Of a stretch of DNA of 9,037 bases, positions 1 through 8,290 are shown piece by piece; the stretch's first letter is position 1; each line of letters starts with the position of its first letter. The DNA comes from Octopus sinensis (taxonomy: Eukaryota), in NCBI RefSeq assembly GCF_006345805.1, contig NW_021828211.1:1-9037 (forward strand), written 5' to 3'. A model generated the notes under the pieces. That model made no database searches. It saw nothing but the letters and a program-made list of their open reading frames with translations, and had not been told where the DNA came from. The translations under genes were made by a program, and so were the position numbers.

Positions 1-55
1 ATAGTTGTGTGTTAATGTATAATAATAATAATGAATAGCTGAAGAAAACAATCCA

Positions 56-246
56 AGAGATTTTACAGAAATTAAGCAGAGAAAAAGAGAAAGAAAATAT
101 GTATTTGTCGCTACAGACAGTATTCTACAATAAAAACTAATTGCGACTATACTTTTAACACACGCATATACATACATACACATAGAGATTTTACAGAATT
201 TAAGCAGAGAAAAAGAGAAAAGAAGATATACATTTGTCCGTCGCTA
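56..246. repeat. Short diverged direct duplication (~60 bp; 56-113 and 184-246)
   Basis: AGAGATTTTACAGAA(A/T)TTAAGCAGAGAAAAAGAGAAA...TTTGTC(CGTC)GCTA occurs twice with starts 128 bp apart. Confidence 0.85.
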
Positions 247-249
247 AAA

Positions 250-250
250 C

Positions 251-283
<33 letters not shown>

Positions 284-328
284 AATAGATATATACATAC
301 ATACATATATATATATATAAATAGATAT

Positions 329-359
<31 letters not shown>

Positions 360-436
360 AATCGATATATACATACATACACATATATATATATGTAAAT
401 AGATATATACATACATACATATATATATATATATAT
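250..436. repeat. Compound micro/minisatellite, unit ~AAATAGATATATAC(ATAC)n(AT)n
   Basis: Directly visible reiteration of the compound unit. It produces the Y/I-rich spurious ORFs 147..416 and 200..454. Confidence 0.95.
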
Positions 437-680
437 CATCATCATCATCATCATCGTTTAACGTCCGTTTTCCGCGCTAGCACGGGTTGGACGGTTTCGA
501 CCGGGGTCTGGGGAGCTAGGGACTGCCCCAGCCTCCAGTCTAGTCTGGCAGTGTTTCTACAGCTGGATGCCCTTCCTAACGCCAACCACTCCGCGAGTGT
601 AGTGGGTGTTTTTTACGTGCCACCTGCACAGGTGCCGGAGGGGTCTGGCATCGGCCACGTTCGGATGGTGCTTTTTATGT
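437..680 (-). mobile_element. 3' fragment of a SINE-type retroposon with (ATG)n tail; no tRNA head seen
   Basis: The minus strand ends ...CCGTCCAACCCGTGCTAGCGCGGAAAACGGACGTTAAACGATGATGATG and contains GGTTGGCGTTAGGAAGGGCATCCAGCTGTAGAAAC. It is GC-rich against an AT-rich background and resembles a very abundant octopus SINE 3' region (recall). The right boundary is approximate. Confidence 0.75.
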
Positions 681-912
681 GTGTGGGTGGGGGGGGTGCA
701 GAAATATAGTGGAGCACCAGTGGGGAGGGGTGGTTCAGAGAAATGATGACAGGTTCTAGGCAAGTAGAACGTAGGATATCAAGAGAGGGGTAATGAATGG
801 TGAAATAGCGTATTGAAGAGGAGTTCGAAGAGTAGGCACCTATAATGGTGGTGGGAGAAGCAACATCCGGTATAGATGGAGCAAAAATATAGAGATATCC
901 GGTATTGGTGGT

Positions 913-930
913 GGGGGTGGGCAGGGCGGG
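913..930 (+). other. Canonical G-quadruplex-forming motif overlapping a GC box
   Basis: GGGGG-T-GGG-CA-GGG-C-GGG: four G tracts with loops of 1, 2 and 1 nt; GGGCGG at 924-929. Confidence 0.7.
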
Positions 931-954
931 TGCACCGCGAATACACGATGGTTG

Positions 955-2183
955 ATTATAGTCGAGAGGAGAAATGGATAAATTAGCTAAATAGTCGAGA
1001 GGAGAAATGGATAAATTAGTTAAAATAATTAGATCGATAGATAGAGAGATAGAGAAATTAGATAAAAATAGTTAGATAGATAAGAAAGCATGTATGATCG
1101 ATCGAGAAGTGAAAATAAATAAGCATTCAAACTTATCTGCGCTCGGGTGCTAGATGAATGAATGAGAGAGCAAATGTTGGGGCTGCCTTTTTTAAGTAAA
1201 AATTGTCCGGAAGAGGAATTTTTGGACAAGGCGGAAGTGTATTAAAGGAACAGGCTTCAAGATGGTGTATTATAGTCGAGAGGAGAAATGGATAAAATAG
1301 TTAAATGGTCGAGAGGAGAAATGGATAAATTAGTTAAAATAATTAGATCGATAGATAGAGAGATAGAGAAATTAGATAAAAATAGTTAGATAGATAAGAA
1401 AGCATGTATGATTGATCGAGAAGTGAAAATAAATAAGCATTCTAACTTATCTGCGCTCGGGTGCTAGATGAATGAATGAGAGAGCAAATGTTGGGGCTAC
1501 CTTTTTTAAGTAAAAATTGTCCGGAAGAGGAATTTTTGGACAAGGCGGAAGTGTATTAAAGGAACAGGCTTCAAGATGGCGTATTATAGTCGAGAGGAGA
1601 AATGGATAAATTAGTTAAATGGTCGAGAGGAGAAATGGATAAATTAGTTAAATAGTCGAGAGGAGAAATGGATAAATTAGTTAAAATAATTAGATCGCTA
1701 GATAGAGAGATAGAGAATTAGATAAAAATAGTTAGATAGATAAGAAAGCATGTATGATCGATCGAGAAGTGAAAATAAATAAGCATTCAAACTTATCTGC
1801 GCTCGGGTGCTAGATGAAGAATGAGATAGCAATGTTGGGGCTGCCTTTTTTAAGTAAAAATTGTCGGAAGAGGAATTTTTGGACAAGGCGGAAGTGTATT
1901 AAAGGAACAGGCTTCAAGATGGCGTATTATAGTCGAGAGGAGAAATGGATAAAATTAGTTAAATGGTTGAGAGGAGAAATGGATAAATTAGTTAAATGGT
2001 CGAGAGGAGAAATGGATAAATTAGTTAAATGGTCGAGAGGAGAAATGGATAAATTAGTTAAATGGTCGAGAGGAGAAATGGATAAATTAGTTAAAATAAT
2101 TAGATCGATAGATAGAGAGATAGAGAAATTAGATAAAAATAGTTAGATAGATAAGAAAGCATGTATGATCGATCGAGAAGTGA
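955..2183. repeat. Hierarchical tandem array: ~3.6 units of 314-343 bp, each starting with a variable number of 33-bp subrepeats
   Basis: Units start (ATTATAGTCGAG) at 955, 1269, 1583 and 1926, giving lengths 314, 314, 343 and a partial fourth. The 33-mer (A/G)GTCGAGAGGAGAAATGGATAAATTAGTTAAAT occurs 2, 2, 3 and 5 times. Units differ by only scattered substitutions and small indels. Confidence 0.95.
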
Positions 2184-2230
2184 TAAATAGATATATACAT
2201 ACATACACATATATATATATAAATAGACAT
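2184..2230. repeat. Remnant of the AAATAGATATATACATAC(AT)n compound satellite
   Basis: Same unit as 250-436 and 2601 onward; it sits between the array and the SINE. Confidence 0.85.
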
Positions 2231-2232
2231 AT

Positions 2233-2600
2233 TGGAAGCACTCCGTCGGTTACGACGACGAGGGTTCCGGTTGACCCGAATCAACGGAACAGCCTGCTCG
2301 TGAAATTAATGTGCACTCCACAGACACTCCACAGACACGTGTACCCTTAACGTAGTTCTTGGGGATATTCAGCGTGACACAGAGAGTGACAAGGCCGGCC
2401 CTTTAAAATACAGGTACAACAGAAACAGGAAGTAAGAGTGAGAGAAAGTTGTGGTGAAAGAGTACAGCAGGGATCACCACCATCCCCTGCCGGAGCCTCG
2501 TGGAGCTTTAGGTGTTTTTGCTCAATAAACACTCACAACGCCCGGTCTGGTAATCGAACCGCGATCCTATGACCGCGAGTCCGCTGCCCTAACCACTGGG
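2233..2600 (-). mobile_element. tRNA-derived SINE, near full length, clipped at the start of the A box
   Basis: Minus-strand head CCCAGTGGTTAGGGCAGCGGACTCGCGGTCATAGGATCGCGGTTCGATTACCAGACCGGGCG has a partial A box and a B-box-like GGTTCGATTAC (2550-2560). It resembles tRNA-Arg and is followed by a ~300-bp body ending CTCGTCGTCGTAACCGACGGAGTGCTTCC. An 11-bp internal duplication lies at 2315-2336. tRNA-Arg-related SINEs are known from octopus (recall). Confidence 0.85.
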
Positions 2601-2614
2601 AAATAGATATATAC

Positions 2615-2670
<56 letters not shown>
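2601..2670. repeat. Compound (TACA)n/(TA)n microsatellite
   Basis: AAATAGATATATACATAC... followed by a long pure (TA)n run. Confidence 0.95.
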
Positions 2671-2675
<5 letters not shown>

Positions 2676-2761
2676 CAATTAAGATTCAAGTCAGTTCTAA
2701 TGAATTCACTTGTATGAAACAATGTACTAAAAAACTAATCCATTCTTGTTGCTTTTTTCTT

Positions 2762-2782
2762 GATATATATATAAATAGATAT

Positions 2783-2827
<45 letters not shown>

Positions 2828-2841
2828 TATACATACATACA

Positions 2842-2940
<99 letters not shown>

Positions 2941-3330
2941 TATACAACATACATATATATATATATATTATATATATATATAAATAGATATAACATACAT
3001 ACATATATATATATATATAAATAGATATATACATACATACATATATATATAAATAGATATATACATACATATATATATATATATAAATGATATATACATA
3101 CATATATTATATATATAATATATTATAATAAATAGATATATACATACATATATATATATATAAATAGATATATACATATATACATATATATATATATATA
3201 AATAGATATATACATACATACATATATATAATAAATAGATTATAACATACATACATACTATATAATATAAATAGATATATACATATACATACATATATAT
3301 ATATATTAATAGATACATACATACATACAT

Positions 3331-3366
<36 letters not shown>

Positions 3367-3490
3367 TATACATACATACATATATATATATATATTATAT
3401 TATATATATAATATATATATATATAAATAGATATATACATACATACATATATATATATACATACATATAAATGTGTGTGTGTATATACAT
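2762..3490. repeat. Long compound minisatellite AAATAGATATATAC(ATAC)n(AT)n
   Basis: The AAATAGAT-anchored unit recurs many times with variable (AT)n length and ends in (TG)n. Confidence 0.95.
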
Positions 3491-3644
3491 ACTCAGACAC
3501 ATGCTCATGTACATATATACATACACTGTTCCATATTCCCCACCTCTCACTCTTGCAGCTTTAATAATAAAGCATATTACTCTACCTCTGGTATTTGAGT
3601 ACTATTTTTTCCCCACCATGTTTCACCTTTATGTGCTTACTCAG

Positions 3645-3693
3645 GTATATATGTGTGTGTGTTATATATATATTATATATATATATATATAAT

Positions 3694-3777
<84 letters not shown>

Positions 3778-3840
3778 GTGTACACCCACACACACACATA
3801 GATATGTGTATATACATACATAATATAAATTTGTGTGTGC

Positions 3841-3876
<36 letters not shown>

Positions 3877-3942
3877 CATACATATACATACACATCTTTG
3901 CATATATTCTGACTATATATATATATATATATATAATATATA

Positions 3943-3990
<48 letters not shown>

Positions 3991-4005
3991 ATGTATGTAT
4001 GTATA
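3645..4005. repeat. Compound (TA)n/(TG)n/(CA)n microsatellite field
   Basis: Directly visible dinucleotide and tetranucleotide runs. Confidence 0.93.
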
Positions 4006-4094
4006 GACTTTTTCAAATTTTATACACACACGCTTGCATACACATATACACATACACTATTCCATATCTCTCCCCCTCTCACTCTTTCCATCAG

Positions 4095-4211
4095 AAAATT
4101 TCGCGAAAACCTGTCACAGTGCGTGATTCCGGAATTTGCTACTCTCCCAGCTCTCTACCCAAGATGGCGGTTGTGTAAACAGATTCCTCGGTCACTTGTG
4201 TGCAGGTAGGT
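4095..4211 (+). promoter_or_regulatory. Candidate TATA-less Pol II promoter and short first exon of an unidentified gene
   Basis: TTTCGCGAAA palindrome (4099-4108, E2F-like), ATTCCGGAAT palindrome (4126-4135, ETS core CCGGAA), CAAGATGGCGG (4160-4170, YY1-like) and a 5' splice donor CAG/GTAGGT (GT at 4206). CpGs are locally enriched. Motif-level evidence only. Confidence 0.5.
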
Positions 4212-5535
4212 GTATGTTGTGTATACTGATGACAGAGATTTCTGATCTATTCGTTCTGAATATCTTAGGCAAAGAAGTAGCGACTCTTCGTGTTGAGGTA
4301 ACTTGTTTTTTTGCAAGTGTTTTGCTTGCTTCCTTCCTACCTGTATGACCCGTGTTATTTTTTTCTACTGATGTCTTAGCGTGTTCCGCTACTCAACTCT
4401 GAATATATTTATTTATTATTCATAGAATGCAGTTTACTAACTCGCCGATTGTCTGTTGTCGATATTTTCATAAATTCCTATATTGTAAGTTTTAACGTAT
4501 TTTCTCCTGCAATTTAAACATTTTTTCTTACAACGTGCCAAATTTACGTGGGCGATGAGATTACGTAGGCTTGGCATTGTTTTCCATTTGTTTTTCTTTG
4601 TATATATGTCCTTACGTATATGTTTCACAGGCACATATGCATGTGTGTCTTCTTCATACCGAGACCATGCTACTAGATTGTGTTTTACCTACATATCTTT
4701 AAGCCATTTATTTCCACAAACCTTAACACTAATTATTTTAGAGTTGAAATACTTCTTAAATGCTCTTCCCATTCCTAACCTCGGACAAATTCCCCTGCTT
4801 TTCTTCGTTGCTAGTTAAATCAACAGGCCATACTATTAACTGCTGGGGTTTTCCCCCCTCTGCATTGATTTTTTTTCTTCTTGCATGAAGCGGAAGAAAA
4901 GTTGTGAATAACTAAATAAACGTAGAAGATAAAATTAAGGAAAACAGTATTTCTAATCGATAATCTATATTTTGGACTTTATTATAATGGATGTTCTCAA
5001 GATAACTTGGCCAGCCTCTACTCTCATCATTAATTCCAAATCGTCTCTGACAATCTGTCTGTTGTCAATCATTCTTCCAGCGCCAGTTCCATGCTATGAC
5101 GTCAAGTTTTCTACACATCTTCCAGCTGGTGTGGGATCTTACTTAACATCGGATGTGTTGGACTTAGTCGTCAAAATTTAAATATCGGCTCTTACTTATT
5201 TGTCCTGCTTGCTTTATTTATTTCTGTTCCTTCCTTTCATTCACTCTTTCTTCTCCTCCCACCAGAAGACGGCTATTTCTTCTTTATACGTATATTACCC
5301 AAACATGGTGTGTATTCACTCGATTGTTATAGCACTCTTGAAGTAAACGCGTGGGCAGTTGTAGAATGGTCAGTTGATGTTTTCTATACGTCGAGTGTAG
5401 TGGGAGAGGGAGATATACACAGACAATGAATGTGTATACTAAACTATATCTTCCAATTGTCAACAGTCCGATTGATAGGTGGTCACGGATTAGTGTTATT
5501 TACTTCTTATAGCTCTTCTCTGGATGAAAGTAGTG

Positions 5536-5650
5536 ATACTGTGGTTCAGGTAACCTGTATATATATCGGAAACAGACCTGCAAACATTGGTTTCATCTGA
5601 CGCTGATCGGAATCTGTTATGGGATGATGGTGGCAGTTGTCATGGTGTTT
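5536..5650. repeat. Copy A of a ~115-bp dispersed repeat
   Basis: Aligns to 6798-6910 with 6 substitutions and one 2-bp indel, counted by eye. Confidence 0.92.
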
Positions 5651-6395
5651 TTCGTGGGTTCTTTGAAATAATCTGTTTCCAAACAGTTCCATTGTTAAAT
5701 TCTGTTTTATTAACTACAGAAACATTTTGTACAGAATTAACGTGGAGAAGCAGTGCCTCGTTAGACATTATGTGTATTGTCTCTGTTCTTAGAAGAAAAC
5801 TTAGATATCATGTTCCATTTCCCTCACTATACTACTTCACAAAACCAAATTCTTATGTCTGTGTCAAATCTCTTACTTACACACGCTTCAAAAGTGTAAT
5901 ATTTAACTATTACTAAATTTTTAATTCCTTACCTTCTTTTAAATTGACATTTAGAAAATATTTCAAATAGCTCTCTCTCACTTAAAACTTTTAATATTCA
6001 TTAGAATTAAATTATAATGTTCTCTTATTGAAAACATATCTCAGTAAAACAGTTTGTTGTTGATGTATAGAGTTTATATATATTTATGTTGTGCATAAAA
6101 CTTCCTTTTTCTTCCACCTACATATTCAATGATGCACACACACACACAAATCTCCAACTGTCAAATTTTACTTTGATATCACCTTTATCAATTCAACATT
6201 TTCACAATACTATAATGAACCTACAAGTAATGTTATCTGTGGATTGTGAGACCATTGGGCACTTCTGATGTTTTCTTTAATATGTGTGTGCGTGTATAAC
6301 ATTCATATGGTGAGACAGATATATGGTGAGTTTACGACTGTCAAATTACATGTAAATTAATATAATTTTTTAGACTATTAATTTCACCTTCAAAG

Positions 6396-6512
6396 ATGTA
6401 TATATGTGTATATAGATGTGTGTATATATACATATATATATGTATGTATATATAGATGTATATCTATATATGTGTACATGTATACTTATGTCTGTGTGTA
6501 TATGTATATATG
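6396..6512. repeat. Compound (TA/TG/TAGA) microsatellite adjoining the LINE A-rich tail
   Basis: Directly visible; it abuts the T10 run at 6513-6522. Confidence 0.9.
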
Positions 6513-7938
6513 TTTTTTTTTTCTTTTCTAGTTTCAGTTCATGAGCAGCGGCCATGCTGGGGTACTGCCGTTTGCTTTGCTACACTTTCATTAAACCTCC
6601 TCTGATATGTGGCATTTGATGAATGAGGGAGTTTGATGTTGCTGCCCTCATCTACATTTCTTGTCAAGAGTTCATCCAGAACTCTTGACAGGTGTTTCAG
6701 GCTTAATGGGAAGATATTGAAATGTGGGCCTTTGAAGCCCAAGCTGTTGCAGTATCTAGTCCTATATCCTGATGGCAATGTTGGGATTTTTGGTACTATA
6801 CTGTGGTTTAGGTAACCTGTATATATCGGAAACAGACCTGCAATCATTGATTTCTCCTGACCCTGATCGGAATCTGTTATGGGATGATGGTGGCAGTTGT
6901 CATGGTGTTTGTGTAACCGAGAGTGTCAAAGTCTGGTACAAGTTCTAGGATCCTTTGTTATAGGGAGAAATATCTTAACTTTTTCAATCTCTCCCAATAG
7001 CTGACATGTTGCATTGAGATGATCTTTTTTGTGTAGCTTCACTGAATTGTGGTAAAGAATTCTACAGGTTTGCTAAGGGTGGAGTGAAGACACTTTTGAA
7101 TTGTTCATTCAGTGTTTCATTTACCCTCATTATGTTTCCCTTGTGGGAGCCATCTTTTTGGAAGAGTGGCCCTACCTTGCAACACACAGAGGCAATTGCT
7201 TTGGCATTGTTAATGAAGGCTTTAGGGTTTAATTTAATATTTTTTTAAAACCCAGGCTTCTTTGTCTTCTCTTTCTTTTTCATGGGAGCGTTTCAGATGT
7301 TTCCAGCAGGATTTTTCTTTCCAGTGCTGTTTCTAGGAGGGATTTTTCACTATCATTGAGTTGTCTGTTGAGGAGGATTGCAATCTTTGTATGCCGTTTC
7401 ATGAGAACTTTTCTCTCCCTAAGAATTATGTTTTTATGTTCAGTGGCCTTTCTCTCTGGGAAAAAATTGTAGCATGTGGCTAGCATTATGGACGTAAATG
7501 TTTTCAATTTCATGTCGGTGTCAGGTGTAGAGAGACATTGAGACCAGTCCTGTTTGGTAATCTCTTTCTCTATTGATTTCTAGTCTGCTTTGTGGTAGTT
7601 CAATAGATTTTGGCTGCATGTTTGTGGATTCCTTTGGTCCATACATGGTCAGCTCTATTATGTTGTGATATGAGACTAGTGTCTGTGTCACTTTCACATC
7701 ATGGATGAGATCCATATTGTTTAAAGCAGAGATTAAGTATATTGTTTGCCCTGGTTAGTTGGAGTATTACTTGTTCTATTTATAACTTGAAGGTGAGGTT
7801 GAGCAGGGATTCCACCTGACTTTGCTCATATTGCATCATTCCTGAGAAGAAAAGGCCTTCAAACCAGTTTGAAGTCTCCTATGTCAAATACACTGATGTG
7901 CTGTTCTTGTTTGGTTAAGACTTATTCTATTCTTGCAA

Positions 7939-7941
<3 letters not shown>
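6513..7941 (-). mobile_element. Decayed CR1/L2-group LINE: C-terminal half of APE endonuclease, linker, ORF2 C-terminus and 3' tail; RT core deleted
   Basis: Minus-strand translation across stops and frameshifts gives GDF (7879-7871), LTRANNILNLCF (~7758-7723, PTR..NILDL-like), SYHNII (~7673, SDH-like), LNYHKAD*, IKLNPKAF (~7238-7215) and LNEQFKSVFTP (~7112-7080). It then runs directly into IQ*SYTKKIISMQHVSYWERLKKL (~7047-6976), CNSLGFKGP and RAATSNSLIHQ, with a stop at 6582-6580. The tail is GGCAGTACCCCAGCATGGCCGCTGC...CTGAAACTAGAAAAGA(A)10. Confidence 0.88.
6798..6910. repeat. Copy B of the ~115-bp dispersed repeat, lying inside the LINE remnant
   Basis: About 93% identical to 5536-5650. 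It separates the LINE-like peptides GYTN and HSIVPKIP. Confidence 0.9.
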
Positions 7942-7982
<41 letters not shown>

Positions 7983-7997
7983 TAGATAGATGGATAG
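7942..7997. repeat. (AT)n plus (GATA)n microsatellite separating the LINE and the Penelope-like element
   Basis: Pure (AT)n at 7942-7980, then GATAGATAGATGGATAG. The LINE reading frame (CLARIE*VL) begins exactly at its edge. Confidence 0.95.
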
Positions 7998-8067
7998 TCA
8001 ATAAAGCATATATCAGAAAAGAAGCTCACTCTAAAGAATAGGGCAGTAATTATTACAACAAAAATTA

Positions 8068-8139
8068 AAATTTTGGACAGAGTTATCAAAGGTTTCCTAT
8101 CCACAAAGCCAAAGCCTTGTGCACAGCTCGTCAAACTTT
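8068..8139 (-). ncRNA. Degenerate type I hammerhead ribozyme-like fold
   Basis: Minus strand: AAAGTTTG (stem I) - ACGAG (partial CUGANGAG core) - CTGTGCACAAGGC TTTG GCTTTGTGGATAG (stem II, 12 of 13 pairs including 2 G-U) - GAAAC - 13 nt - GTC (8078-8076) - CAAAATTT (stem I, 7 of 8 pairs). The core is incomplete. Confidence 0.55.
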
Positions 8140-8290
8140 ATACAAAGAGGAAATATTTAAACTTTCTACGTCACAGATATGAGGAAATGCTCAGAAAATG
8201 AAATTTAAGTCTTAATATATAGACATTAATGAGGACGGGTTGTCTCCCCTGAACCAGAGGATAAAACAGTCATTATTGATCCGAAAATGC

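Noticed and set aside
958-2095. 33-bp repeats superficially like a CRISPR array
   Set aside because: The repeats are head-to-tail or separated by near-identical ~250-bp blocks, with no unique spacers, no cas genes and a eukaryotic context.
557-2532. ORFs 557..763, 1029..1229, 1698..1886, 2165..2350 and 2347..2532
   Set aside because: They lie within SINE or array sequence and have no recognisable domain.
2535-2600. Possible functional tRNA-Arg gene
   Set aside because: The 5' acceptor arm is missing, the cloverleaf is imperfect, and it is continuous with a SINE body.
147-4178. Many 60-144 aa ORFs rich in Y, I, M, C and V
   Set aside because: These are translations of (TA)n/(TACA)n/(TG)n satellites, which lack stops in some frames. 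There is no protein signal.
4226-4232. CTGATGA hammerhead core motif on the + strand
   Set aside because: No downstream stem II-GAAA or stem III-UH arrangement was found.
4972-5181. 69-aa ORF and an antisense open stretch (MIDNRQIVRDDLELMMRV...)
   Set aside because: No recognisable motif in any frame and no consistent splice-site pair.
5221-5551. Strong polypyrimidine tract and CAG at 5263-5265, with a possible donor CAG/GTAACC at 5550
   Set aside because: All three frames close before the donor, the longest peptide (DGYFFFIRILPKHG...) is unrecognised, and the donor lies inside a repeat. It cannot be supported without RNA data.
5560-5625. Hammerhead-like words (GAAAC, CTGACG, CCGATCAG) in the 115-bp repeat
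   Set aside because: No consistent stem I/II/III topology on either strand, and the words are not conserved in copy B.
5587-6815. ORFs 5587..5916, 6086..6268, 6370..6555 and 6633..6815
   Set aside because: They are repeat-derived, low-complexity or antisense to the LINE, with no domain evidence.
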